DNA of 64,000 nt from the human T2T-CHM13v2.0 reference genome, Homo sapiens: assembly GCF_009914755.1 (NCBI RefSeq), contig NC_060926.1; one strand, given 5' to 3'. This document shows, one piece after another, positions 24,795-41,165 of the stretch. How positions within the stretch are numbered: the stretch's first letter is position 1; every line of letters starts with the position of its first letter. A program made the translations under genes and the position numbers. Under the pieces are notes generated by a model. It worked only from the letters and a program-made list of their open reading frames with translations. It had not been told where the DNA came from and searched no databases.

Positions 24795-25014
24795 TTCTGT
24801 ATTTTTTTAAATTATACTTTAAGTTCTAGGGTACATGTGCACAGCATGCAGGTTTGATACATAGGTATACATGTGCCATGTTGGTTTGCTGCACCAATCA
24901 ACTCATCATTTACATTAGGTGTTTCTCCTAATGCTATCCCTCCCCCAGTCCCCCACCCCCCAATAGGCCCCAGTGTTTGATGTTCCCTGTCCTGTGTCCA
25001 AGTGATCTCTTTGT

Positions 25015-28837
<3,823 letters not shown>

Positions 28838-28901
28838 TATGATGTTTGCTGTTTATTTTGCCCGTTCATTGATGCAGTTTCTTCATAGCATCGATGGTCT
28901 T

Positions 28902-29843
28902 TTCAATTTGGCATGTTTTTGCAGTGGCTGGTACCAGTTGTTTCTTTCCATGTTTAGTGCTTCCTTCAGGAGCTCTTGTAAGTCAGGCCTTGTGGTGACA
29001 ACATCTCTCAGCATTTGCTTGTCTGTAAAGGATTTTATTTCTCCTTCACTTATGAAGCTTAGTTTGGCTGGATATGAAATTCTGGGTTGAAAATTCTTTT
29101 CTTTAAGCATGTTGAATATTGGCTCCTACTCTCTTCTGGCTTGTAGGGTTTCTGCCGAGAGATCCGCTGTTAGTCTGATGGGCTTCCCTTTGTGGATAAC
29201 TTGACGTTTCTCTCTGGCTGCCCTTAACACTTTTTCTTTCATTTCAACCTTAGTGAATCTGACAATTATGTGTCTTGGGGTGGCTCTCCTCGAGGAGTAT
29301 CTTTGTTGTATTCTTTATATTTCCTGAATTGGAATGCTGGCCTGCCTTGCTAGGTTGGAGAAGTTCTCCTGGATAATATCCTGAAGAGTGTTTTCCAACT
29401 TGGTTCCATTCTTCCCATCACTTTAAGGGACACAAATCAAATGTAGATTTGATCTTTTCACATAGTCCCATATTTCTTGGAGGTTTTGTTCATTTCTTCT
29501 TACTCTTTTTTCTCTAACCTTGTCTTCTCACTTTATTTCATTAATTTGATCTTCAATCACTGAAACCCTTTCTTCCACTTGATGGAATCAGCTATTGAAG
29601 CTTATGCGTGCATCATGAAGTTCTCGTGCTATGATTTTCAGCTCCATCAGTTCATTTAAGGTCTTCTCTACACTGTTTATTCGAGTTAACCATCGTCTAA
29701 TCTTTTTTTAAGGTTTTTAGCTTCCTTGCGATGGGTTCGAATGTCCTCCTTTAGCTTGGAGAAGTTTGTTATTACCGACCTTCTGAAGCCTACTTCTGTT
29801 AACTCATCAAAGTCATTCTCTGTCCAGCTTTGTTCCATTGCTG
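28902..29843 (-). pseudogene. L1 ORF1 remnant lacking its N-terminus
   Basis: LKEKNFQPRISYPAKLSFISEGEIKSFTDKQMLRD..; homology ends at cagcaatggaacaaagctgg with no upstream ATG region. Confidence 0.9.
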
Positions 29844-30579
29844 TCCATATGTGGTGTCAGTCAGCCCCTACTGGGAGGTGTCTCCCAGTTAGGCTACACG
29901 GGGTTCAGGGACCCACTTGAGGAGGCAGTCTGTCTGTTCTCAGAGCTCAAACGTCGTGCTGGGAGAACCACTGCTCTCTTCAGAGCTGTCAGACAGGGAC
30001 GTTTAAGTCTGCAGAAGTTGTCTGCTGCCTTTTCTTCAGCTATGTTTTGCCCACAGAGGTGGAGTCTAGAGGCAGTAGGCCTTGTTGAGCTGTGGTGGGC
30101 TCCGCCCAGTTTGAGCTTCCCAGCCACTTTGTTTAGTTACTCAAGCCCCAGCAGTGGTGGACACCCCTCCCCTAGCCAGGCTGCCACCTCACAGTTCGAT
30201 CTTGGACTGCTGCGCTAGCAGTGAGCAAGGCTCCGTGGGTGTGGGACCTGCTGAGCCAGGCATGGGAAAGAATCTCCTTGTCTGCCAGTTGCTAAGACCT
30301 TGGGAAAAGCACAGTATTTGGGTGGAAGTGTCCTGTTTTTCCAGGTAGTCTGTCACGGCTTCCCTTGGCTAGGAAAGGGAAATCTCCTGACCCCTTGCAC
30401 ATCCTGGGTGAGACGATGCCCTGCCCTGCTTCAGCTCACCCTCTGTGGGCTGCACCCACTGTCCAACCAGTCCCAATGAGATGAACCAGGTACCTCAGTT
30501 GGAAGTGCAGAAATCACCTGTCTTCTGCATCAGTCATGCTGGGAGCTGCAGACTGGAGCTGTTCCTATTTGGCCATCTT
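29844..30579 (-). promoter_or_regulatory. L1 5' UTR internal promoter remnant, YY1 site retained
   Basis: Sense strand starts aagatggccaaatagga (YY1 core); most CpGs have decayed to TG/CA. Confidence 0.75.
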
Positions 30580-30589
30580 CTGTATTCTT

Positions 30590-30769
30590 ACCAGTCTTGT
30601 TTTACTTGTGTTGCTTCAATTTTGCCTTTATTTCTATAATGTTTTTATTTTTTAAAAAAAATTCACTTATTTCCAGATTTTTCTTAGCTCATATTTCAAA
30701 TTCTTCTATCTTATCACATTTTCCATGAGCTCATATATATCTACTTTACCTCTCTCTCTCTCTCTCTCG

Positions 30770-30821
<52 letters not shown>

Positions 30822-31620
30822 GTGCTTCATTAAGTTTTTCAAAAATCATGACAAAGTATTTAGTCACATTTTTTGTATCTGCTCCATGGCAATAGTTCTC
30901 TGCTGAATGTTTTTTTGTTTGCCATTACTTTTCATATTTCTTTGCTTATTTTTCCTATAATATTGCTTTATAGAGCCTGTAGTTTTTCCTTCTTGATGAC
31001 AAAGTTTTGAATTCTTTGAATTTTCCCCCCAGGCCATTTGTAGGAAATTTGTGTAGGGAAGAGAAGAGAACCACATTGCATTCAAGGAAAAATTTTTCTT
31101 CACTGCAGTGTTTTGTATGAATCCTTTTAGCCTTCACCTCTGTCCAGTCAATAAAGATGAGCAATTATAGAGCTGTTCACAATGCCAAATCTCTCTCCTC
31201 CCCAACTCATGTGGGAAGACTTTTTTTCTGCATATATGACATATCTGTGTGTCTCCTTATTCAACCCATTTTCACCTGTTTCTCAGAATACAGCTGGTTC
31301 CAAAGAGACATTGTTGACTGCATTTTAGAGCCCATTTCCATTGTTGAAAGTAAGGGATTCTGATTCTACACCTCTGGGTTGCTCCTCACTTTACAGTGTA
31401 CCTTTTTCACTCCTTCCTAAAACAGCAACCAAAGAATATCCTCTCTCTGTTTCTGGGCTCTGCTATTTTTGGTGTCCTCTCTATTTACTTCATGTTTTAC
31501 AGTTCCATGTCTCCTAGGTTCATCACAGGTAGAATTTGTGTTTGTGTCTCTTGTTTAGAGTTATTGTTAAAAAGGGAAGATTGAATGTTAGTCATGTGCT
31601 ACCATATCCAGGTGGGAAAA
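30590..31620 (-). mobile_element. Continuation of the HAL1/old L1M-like element
   Basis: T-rich, antisense-LINE-like sequence resuming directly after the L1PA TSD; right boundary approximate. Confidence 0.45.
30750..30819. repeat. Compound (CT)n-(GT)n microsatellite
   Basis: About 9 CT units followed by about 24 GT units with one interruption. Confidence 0.97.
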
Positions 31621-33439
31621 CCTCAGCCCTTTTTGAGAAATCTCTTTCTTCATTAATAGAAAGCCTGTTTTCCAACTCTCCTGATTCTCCAGGAAGCAGC
31701 TGTTTTCTTTTCTCGTTCTCTCCCTCTCCAGGTTTCCAAGTGAGGCCAGATTCCTTGTTCCTCAAAAGGCTTTACCCTGACCACCCATGCCTGAATCCTC
31801 ATTGTGCTCAGATTCCACACTGGGTGTAGCTTCTACTGCTTTGATTGCACCACCTTTTTGTATGTGTATATTCCTTTTTGTCTAAATAATAGGGCATTTA
31901 GGGACATGGTCTGGGGCAGAAACACTCTGTATCCTCTCTGCTACTAGCATGTCACTCCATGTTGTAGGTGCTGCATACATGATCATGAATTATTCCCTTC
32001 TAGGGAATTCTTATTGAATTAGATAGCTGTGTACTTGGCATGCATTATATTTGACACATACTCAGTCACGAAGACTTGATAATGCATAGACTGCTTCTGA
32101 TAAAGAACTGTGGGTAAGTGCCCTCTTGAACTTATATGACACTGAGCAATGTCATTAGAAATAACTTCAGCTTTTAGTTGTCTCCAGGATTACGTAGATC
32201 AGTGATCCTTCCAAAACGATACCTGCTAGTTACAGCCTTTGGGATCAAATCACAATGTTCCTGGTAGCCTGCATCCTGCATACTTTAGTCATGTTCCAGA
32301 GTATCAGACCTAAAAGTAAAAGGGGCTAATGAGGCCAGTGACTCTCACAGGGTTTCCCACTGCTTCCTAAGTAGAAGCATTTTAAAATTTGGGATTTTAG
32401 GGTAAATGGTTTGAAAAACAAACAAATGAAAAACCTGCATAGGATTCTAGTATAACTTCCTAGCAATATGTCTCCTCATCTCTACCCTTGCTCCCAGACT
32501 CCTAAAGATCCCTGGTTTAGTCCGATGCCTGTGTTTTAGCTGTAGAAAGCTGGCACAGAGGGGCACAGTAACTCATTTAAGGTCATACATCCTATGCATT
32601 TTTCCTGAATGGCTGTACCATTTTTGCCCTTCATGTAGTCCACAGATGGACAATTTCTTGATAGATGAATCTGATGTGTCTGAAAGTTGGCTTATGCTAA
32701 AGTTAGGCTTGATGTCTGGGCTGGGGGAGAGGGGAGAAGATGCTGTTGTAGAAAAAAAGGAGTCATTGGAGTAGAATGGAAAATGTACATTTGACACCAA
32801 TCAATAAGCCAATGCTTAAACTGAGATTTCCAAACATGATAAAGGGGTGGAAAAGATAAAATAGTAATTCAAACCATAGCAGCCTCCTTGACCCCAGTCA
32901 GTAGGAGACTCAGTGGAACAAATGGTTGCTTTTCCAAATTAAAAAAGAAAAAAAGGTGGCAGAGGTTAATTTCCAGTTTCTGGGAAGGTGTGCTTAAAAC
33001 ATGATGGATTTGAAGACTCTGCCAACAATTTCTCTGTCTCTGTCTTTTTTTTTTCCTTACCTTTAACTTTCCTGTTTCTGAAATTCTAGTCATTTTTATT
33101 TCATTCAGTATCAATAAGGTGCCTACATGGTAACCCCAGATGGGAAAGAGATGCATAACCCCAGAGCACAGCCAGCTCTGGGCAGGGGCTTGCTCGGGGT
33201 TGGGCTTTGGGTGTATGGGTCAGCAAAGCCGAGAGCAGGCTGCCAGGGACATCCTGGAACTCGTTGGCACAGCCCAGGATTTTACATACTTGGCAAGGGA
33301 GTGGACTGAGAAGGATAGAGGGGTGTAACCTGTGCTGGGTTTGGAGATAGGGAACTGGGATGTATGAGTAACTTGGAGGATGTGGACTGACCCTTCCAAG
33401 GAAATTCCAAAGCCATCTGGCTCCCTTGGTAATGCTTGC

Positions 33440-33600
33440 CCTAGAATAATTGTATAAGACCCTTGTGGGTAGTATTCTCATTCTGCAGATAAGGAAAATG
33501 GGATGCTAATAAATGAAATGACATCCTTGTGTTACAAAAGTCACTCTAAACAAGTCTCAGTCTACAGCCCTCGACTCTGGGCTCTTACCTCACAACTCTC
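33440..33600 (-). mobile_element. MIR fragment
   Basis: agtattctcattctgcagataaggaaaatggga. Confidence 0.5.
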
Positions 33601-34375
33601 TCTACTCTATCACAGAGCTGGCTTTTTCTCTGTGTTACCACCGGCAGTTTTTTCCTAGACTTGCTAGCTGCCTAGTATCGTGCTCAAGGTACTGCCATGT
33701 ATACAGTAGTTACAACATTAATTCCAGCTGAAGAGGAGCTTATTTTAAAATATTATTGAATGTATTTTCAATTTTGAAAGTAATATACCAAAATTCAGAA
33801 CATTTAGAAAACCATAAGATCAAGAAACATTTAAAATAATCTCAGGCTGCTAACACAACAGCTGTAATCATTTTGGTCTGTGGGTTTTTGGTCATTTTCC
33901 TCATACATTTAGCATTTGGAAAAATCTGTTGAAAACCATATTGCACATACAATTTCATTTCTTGCTGTTTTCATATAGCTTTTTGTCGTAAATCCCCCAT
34001 CACAACTTTAATGGCAGGAGAATATTTGTGAGGAGCTTAATCATGAAGCATTTACTAATCATAGTATTAAAGCATTTGATTATATTAGTTCAATAAGTAT
34101 CTGTCAAGCACCTTGTGCCCAGGCTCTCCTGGCAGCCATTGCCCCAGTGACAGTCACCTTGCTGTGCCGAGGGATTTGGAATACTCAGAACCACATGAGT
34201 CAGAGCCCCACACACATTAGTGAGAACCCCCCATATGTTAATGGAAGCCCCAGACTTTCATTCTGGCTCTTCTTCCATCAGTGGGCCATATTCAGGCTGG
34301 CTGAGGCCAAGATGCAACGCAGTAAGATTACCATGGGCCCGTCTAACATTTTCTTTATAAATTCATCTCCATGAC

Positions 34376-34888
34376 TGTTTTAATCACCTCTTATTAGCCC
34401 TGCTCATGAGGGAGGGACTCCTGGCCTAGGTTTCTGGAGATAGCCAAATATATAATACCCAACACTGGACAGATGAGATGTACAGCAGTTTATTAAGTCA
34501 CATTTGCTCACAGCCCAGGGAGGACACCATGTTGCATGCAGGGCCTCACAAAGGTTGCACTCAGGAACAGAGTAGACCACCAGAGGCCACGGACAGCAGG
34601 CCTTGTAGTATCAAGAGGTTGTGGTGCTCCCTGTTTCTTGTGAAAGGATATGATTGGCTTGTTTGAATAATTTTGCAGGCTGGCACAGAACTGAAACCTA
34701 CTTCTCAGGGGTAAACTGTAACTGTGCCTGGTCCCTTTGATAAGAAGGGTTGTTGGGCTAGGGGACCTTATCTAAGGGGGCAGAGTAGGGAGGGGAAGTG
34801 GCTGTTAGGCCATTCAAGGCCCTCCTGATTTTACCAGATGTCAAGGCAGCACCTAATAATGAGGCTTAATGTTACATCTTACACCACA
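34376..34888 (-). mobile_element. Solo ERVL-class LTR (MER74/MER54-like)
   Basis: TG..CA ends; perfect 5-bp TSD ATGAC (34371-75, 34889-93); antisense AATAAA and CCAAT; ccagatgtcaaggcagcac motif. Confidence 0.85.
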
Positions 34889-34984
34889 ATGACAAGAACT
34901 GCTTTTCCTGCCTCCATTTTCTACAGCTCTTTCCTCCTACATTTTTTTTAAACACTCTGGCCTTTGCTGACTTTTCTTTGTGCA

Positions 34985-35250
34985 GCTGTCTAATAGTATA
35001 GAGTTTAAAGTCAGCCAACCAGGCAGTCCAGGCTCAGCCACACACTAGCCTGATGGCATTAGACAAATCACTTCACCTCTCTCTGCCTTGGTTTCCTCAT
35101 TTGTGAAATGGAGATGATGGTACTAAAAGTCCTTACCTCACACAGTTTTTGTGAGAACTAAATAATACAGATAAAGCATTTAGAATAGCATCTATATATG
35201 CTATGTAGGTACAAATATTCCTATTTTTACTTATAAGTTTATAATAATAA
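34985..35250 (+). mobile_element. MIR
   Basis: acaaatcacttcacctctctctgccttggtttcctcatttgtgaaatggagatgat. Confidence 0.85.
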
Positions 35251-35329
35251 TGTGATTCTGCTCTTTTCAGCCTTTCTACTCCCTTTCTCCAAGGTAAACT
35301 TACCACAAGCATGTTTCCAGAAAATGTAC

Positions 35330-35570
35330 TCTGTTCATTCATTCATGTATTTCTTCATTTGTTCATCCATTCAGTCAACAAATATTTAAGATCCTCTGTC
35401 GTGCACCAGGCACTGTTCTAGGTGGCAGAATCCATCAGACAATGAAACTGACAAGCACCTTAGGAGCTGGGGCTTAGTGTGAAAGTGGGTAGACAGAAGA
35501 TAGGCAAGTATATAAACTGAAAGGTAGTTATGACTGGCAAAGAGTGCTCTGAAGGAAGAAAATAAAATGA
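35330..35570 (-). mobile_element. L2 3' end
   Basis: ttcattcattc..caacaaatattt..ccaggcactgttctagg. Confidence 0.8.
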
Positions 35571-36014
35571 AAAGGAAGCCATCAGAGAGACAGCTTGGTT
35601 TCCTTATACAAGGCACTGAGAGAAAGCAGGGCTAGGGTTCTCTGGTATTACAGGGGTGGTGTGAGGTCTTTGGAGGGCAACAACCTCTGTTCTCTTGCTT
35701 GGTGAAAGATACAAGATTCATTAAGATTGTCTTCCTAAGAGTCGGGTCTTTTTTTTTTTTTTTGGTCTTCTTTAAGGCTCTTCCCTCCCCACTTCCCTGG
35801 CCATCTCTTTCCTCCTGTCAAGAAAGGTCCTATCTTGTTAGCCCAGTTTATGCATCGATTTTGGTCTAGAGTCAGGGAAATTAATAGGGAAAGACAGGAG
35901 AAGAGAGGCAAGAAAAAGGAGAAGGACCTGCTGTGTGAAGTTAAACTCAGTTTATAAAATAAGAAGCTTTACAGGAGTGCAGAGAGAGGTTCAAGGAAAA
36001 CAAGCCCCAGTGTT

Positions 36015-36433
36015 ATTTATTAGTTATGTATTGCTATATAACAAACCACTCCAAAATTTGGTAGCTTGAAACAACAGTGATTTATTATTTCTCACAATCC
36101 TGTGAATTGACAGTTAATGTCTCTGCTGGTTTTGCTTGGGCTCACTCGTTGAACCACGGGATGGGCAGGACTGGAATATCCGAGATGGGCTCATTCACTT
36201 GTTTGCAAGTTGGTGCAGGCTGCAGGCTTGGACATTTTGATGTCTTCATCCTCTAGGAGGCCAGACCAACTTCCTGTAAGCAGCCTCAGGGCAGCATTCC
36301 AAGATGATGAAGGCAGAAATTGCAAGACGTCTTCAGTCCTAGGTTCTGAAACTCACACAGTGTCACTTCTGCCACATTCTATTGGTCACAGGAAGTCACA
36401 AAGCCAGCCCAGATTCCAGCTGGTGAGATAGAT
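36015..36433 (-). mobile_element. MaLR LTR (MLT1H-like)
   Basis: tattgctatataacaaaccactccaaaa..gtgtcacttctgccacattctattggtca..aagtcacaaagccagcccagattc. Confidence 0.8.
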
Positions 36434-36611
36434 GTTAAATTAAAAATCACGTAGTTCTTATTTTTGAAGCTGTGAAAGGGAGCTGAAGAAGAAGTATCAC
36501 ATGAGCTTATCCATGACGAACGACATGCCCAACACTGAGCCATCATCTGGATTGATTTACTTCCCCTTGCTTGGGATCATGCATATACAGACATGGCTGT
36601 TGGTGTTCAGT

Positions 36612-37168
36612 TGTGTGGTAAAAGTTTAACATAGCAGCCTTGAAGCTGGTGTCCTTAGAGAAGCTCGTGTGCAGGATTGGCCTATGACGGGCATCTGGGA
36701 ACTTGAATCTCAGGAGGATCCCAGTATTCCCTAAGGATAGTGCAGTATGCCTAGACTATTTGTACAAACAACCTAGTTTATTCTGATCACTCATTTCTAG
36801 CTAGGAATCTGGACCATTGGTGCATTTTAGACAAATGGTATCCATGAGAGAAGCCCACATTAAAAACCTTCAGCACTAAGTCTCTCACTAGCTTCTCAGG
36901 GCAGAAACATCTCACTCATGCTGCTGCAGTTTGTTGCTCAGGGAAAAGTGGGCTGTATGTGAGCTCTCAGGGGAAGGAGAGAGAATAAGCAAGCTTGTGC
37001 ATGGATTTCCCCAGATCCAGCCTGTGTCCTTCCCTCCTATGACCCGGCAGTATATCCTTCCAACATTGCTGCAATAAATTGTAGTCAAGAGTACAACTAC
37101 ATACTGAGTCCCACTAGTCCTTCTAGCAAACCTCCAAATGTAGAGGTGCTCTTGGAGACTCTAGCATA
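36612..37168 (+). mobile_element. Solo ERVL-class LTR (MER68-like)
   Basis: tgtg..ttaacatagcag..ggcatctgggaacttg..aataaa..gagtacaactac..ctgagtcc..agtccttctagc; TSD tcagt/ttagt. Confidence 0.85.
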
Positions 37169-37860
37169 TTAGTCTTGTTCTCTTACACGTTTTGTCTTCT
37201 ATGAAGATGGGAGCCAATTCCCAGGGGGCATGGGGCAATACCAGAAAATTACCTTGAGGGATTTTATGCTAAGAAGGAAATGATGTCCTGTGTCCCTTAA
37301 ACCAAGAGGTCCTAGCAGGCCTGGTGGCTGTAAGCCAATGTTTCAAAATGATGATTTGACTTGCTTATTCACAAAATTTGTTTGGATTTGAGACATAATT
37401 CATTTAATTAGTAGCAAACAGGTGGTAATTTGGAATATGTGAAAGTGATTGGTTCTCTCTGAAACCTCAAGGAACAGCATCTTTCACTCAATGAGAAGGT
37501 TAAAACAAAAGCAAAAAAAAAAGAAAGAAGTCCCTTTGTCCTGATCAGATCTGGGCAGTCGCCTGGACAAATCTGTAAGGATAGATTACCAGGATTGTCT
37601 CTACAGAGGAGTTCCCCTTTTCCTTGCTTCTAAACCAGGTGTCGTCCATCAACCAGTCCTCTGGAGCCCAGGAACTCTGGGGCCTGTAACTACAGTGGAG
37701 GGAAAGTTAGCCATGGAATGCAACTTCCCCTAGTCTCCCTGTACCCCCTCTCCAAACTATCATGCTGCTGGTATTGGCAATGAAACTGTCTGTGAGTGCA
37801 TTGGCACTGTTGTACAGTAAGTAATCACAGCCATTACTGTTTCCTGGGGAGTCCCTGGAT

Positions 37861-37918
37861 GGCAAAGAGCATGGTAGCCAATAAGGAGGCAAAGAGCATG
37901 GTAGCCTAGGAGGAGGCA
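37861..37918. repeat. 27-bp tandem duplication
   Basis: ggcaaagagcatggtagcc occurs at 37861 and 37888. Confidence 0.9.
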
Positions 37919-38019
37919 TACACATCTCCCTTGGCAGGTTTACAGTGGAGTTGTCAAACATGCTAAGGTTGTCACAGCGTTTGAAGGAGAACTACTTACT
38001 GCTTTGGAATGGGAAGAGG

Positions 38020-38245
38020 GTTGCATAAAACAAAAAGTATAGGATTTAGAATTTAACAGAGGTGGGTTTCTTTTTTTGCCTACCACTTAATAGCTTATAT
38101 GACCTCAGGAAGGTTAATTAACCTCTCTGATCCTTAACATCACAAACTCAGAGTGGTTGTGCAAGTAAAATGAGGTGGTGTATATAATGTATCTGAACTG
38201 TTGCTTAGCATAAAATAACTGCTTCTTAAACTTGGGTGATGAAAA
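38020..38245 (+). mobile_element. MIR
   Basis: ccacttaatagcttatatgacctcaggaaggttaattaacctctctga. Confidence 0.7.
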
Positions 38246-39581
38246 TATGATATATTTTTATTTTTGCTTATATGTATAGTATTGATGAAATTTTCTGTAA
38301 TGAACAAATATTTGTTTTATAATGAGAAAAAAGAGGATTTTTTTTAAAAGCTTAAAGCCTATTTTCTTTCCTTGCCAGCCTTGCAGGCTGTGTCTTGGCT
38401 GAGCCTTTCTGAGTCATTCATGCTTAGCATACTCTTGAGCTTGGCTGTCTCTGAGCAGTCATTGTACAGTAACATCCACAGGGGTTTGGAAGGGTTCATG
38501 TCTTAACTGAATGACTGAAGAACTGTTTGTCACTGACATAGGTAAAGTACCTCAAATATTTTCTCAATATTTCAGTAATTATAATTTGAATTAATTTTTC
38601 ATCCAGAATCATTTTCTCTTAGCAGAGTCGCTATCACAACATTTAAAAAGAAAGAGAGAAAGATAAAACCTATACTTTCTGGATGATTGTCCTTTTTTTC
38701 AAATTTGAGTTTCCTTGCGATTTATCTTTTGTTTCCTTTCCAGCTAGGAATGAAATGCATTTTTCAGGAAAGGTCAGGGTAGGCTCCAGCAAACTTTGTA
38801 GCTCTGGGGAACATTCCCAGGGCCAGGGTTGACTGAGTTCTGTGGTGTCTGTTGAGAAAATCTCTGGCAAGTCAGGCTTCTGGGCTGCTCCTCTCCTGCA
38901 GGGTAAGTACAAAGAGGGCAGCATAACCCCCAGGCTAACAGGCCTGGACCCTTTTGAGGAAACTAAACACATAGGCAGAGTGAGCTGAGTGAGAACTCCT
39001 ACTGTGTGCAAATTAGTTGCTGGGTGTCCTCTGGTCTTTTCTTTAAGTCTATAACATTTTAGATGGAGAATGACAGGTAGAAAATTTCAGGGCTGTTTTT
39101 TTTATTGCAAATGTGTAGAGGACCAAGAGTGGCATCTGTGCACAGAGAGCACTTGGCCTCTCAACAACTTGAGCTAGTACATTCTGACTTGCATTATGAT
39201 TACTCTTCAGTATGCAGGAGCTCTCCCTCCCACACTAGAGTGTGAACTGATTTCTCCTGCGTGACAAGGTCACCCCATAACTTCATGTTTTATATTTTTT
39301 TAACATTTTTAAAGTACCTGCCAAAAAATGGTGCTTATATGTGTTTGCTAATTGACAGTAATACCCTAGTAGGAGTTGTAGGCAGTGAAGAAATATTAAG
39401 CAACAGCCAATATTATAAGAAATTTTCTTGGACCCCTTTTGGAGTCAAAGAGAACCATTACAATGTCTTAGTCTTATGGGAGGGCCAAGAGGAGTGTGTC
39501 AGTCTACAGGCAGGTGTTGAGCATAGATTCATGGACCTAGCAGAGCACTGGCTCCTGTGGGGCAATCAAAAGCTGCAGACA

Positions 39582-39905
39582 AGCACTGTGGTTGCAGCAG
39601 AAGGCCATTATCCTAAATGGACTAATGCAAGAACAGAAAACCAAATACTGCATGTTCTCGCTTATAAGTGAGAACTAAACTTTGGGTACTCATGGACGTA
39701 AAGATGGCAACAGCAGAAACTGAGGACTACTAGAGAGGGAGGGTCAGAGCAGGGAAAGGGTTGAAAAAGTAACTATTGGGTACTATGCTCAGTATCTGAA
39801 TGATGAGATCATTCATACCCCAAACCTCAGTATCACACAGTATAGCCAGGAAACAAACTTGTGCATGTACCCTCTGAATCTAAAATAAAAGTTGAAAAAA
39901 GAAAA
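39582..39905 (+). mobile_element. 5'-truncated L1 3' end (L1PB4-like)
   Basis: ggccattatcctaa..gaaaaccaaatactgcatgttctc..aactattgggtactatgctca..ctgaatctaaaataaaagttgaaaaaa. Confidence 0.9.
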
Positions 39906-40499
39906 GTATTTTTGAATGAATACATCAATGAATGAAAATGAAAAAATGCTGCAGACACAATCTCTCCATAGTCAAGTTGGTGAGCTACAGTTACTGCTCA
40001 TGAAACTTTAATGAATAATAAAGATGATGTATACTTTTACCCTAAGCTGTATGGTACTAAAGTCAGTGAAGGCAGGGAACATAGTGGCCCAGAACAGTTA
40101 GGAAGGTTTTCTGGAGGAAGCCAGAATGAAACTGGGATACAAGGGTCAGTTGGTATCTATATTTATTTACTCTTCATACCCCTTTAGAGGGAGTCTGCTT
40201 CCACTTTTCAGAAGCCTCAGAGAATTTTCCAGGAGGAATTAGATCATGTACCCAGTAGCCCTGAGCTAATAAAATCTGGTTGTTAAATTCCACCCTTTTC
40301 TCATTCTCCCTCAAGGGTCTTGTAATATAATTTGCATTTCTCAAATCTCAGCTCCTGGTACCATTTTCTTAGAAGTCCTGCCTCCCAGCACCTCCCAACA
40401 CTCTGCCTGATACTTGGCATGATGGGAAATTCTTTTTTTTTCTGCTAATATTTGTGCAGGTCCCATGAAAATAAACAATCTCCAAAATTGAACTTGACC

Positions 40500-41165
40500 C
40501 AACCAACATATTTCAAGTACCTGTGGTTTCACTATGTGTATATAAATGCAGATGCAACAGTGAACAGTTTCCTGTCCTCAAAAAGAGTTTACCTTCTAGA
40601 CCAGGAAAAGAAACAACTATACTGCAGATAGAATGTGAGAGAAGCTACAACAAAGAAGGATGAGATTAACTGCAATAGGGGAAGCTTTTGTGGAGGGGAT
40701 AGGACTGGGGCTAGTCCATAATGAGCACCTGAAATTTACCTATATGGAAGTGGCAGGGTGGGAGAGAGGGACATGCTAGTCAGAGGGTACATTGTGGACA
40801 GGCACACAGAGGTGACCAGTGCAGAAATGGTCCAGGTTTGGCTGAGGCTAGGGATGTGAATGAGTGTCATGGCAGTGAAGACTGGAATGATGAATTGAGT
40901 TTGGAACGTGAGACTGAGAGGTTGGGCCCTATACTTTGGGTCAACCCAACCTTTGCCCAAAGGGTTTTAAACAGAAAACAGAGGTGAATTTTAGGCTGCT
41001 GCTCTGGCCATAGCTTACGTGTGCAGTGGAAGCAGGAGGTGGTTACAGATGGAAGGTGGGGCAGGGCAGGTCTCTGTCTGGCAGTCACTGGTGCAGGTCG
41101 TTATGAAGGCTGAAAGTAGGGTAGTGGCGATGGGCCTGGAAAAAGGGGACAGATGAGAGAGAGGA
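40500..41165 (-). mobile_element. L2 fragment
   Basis: caacatatttcaagtacct..ttcctgtcctcaaaaagagtttaccttctag..agggttttaaacag..gctgctctgg. Confidence 0.65.

Noticed and set aside
37861-37918. CRISPR-like or functional repeat array
   Set aside because: Only two adjacent units and no spacers; a simple tandem duplication in eukaryotic DNA
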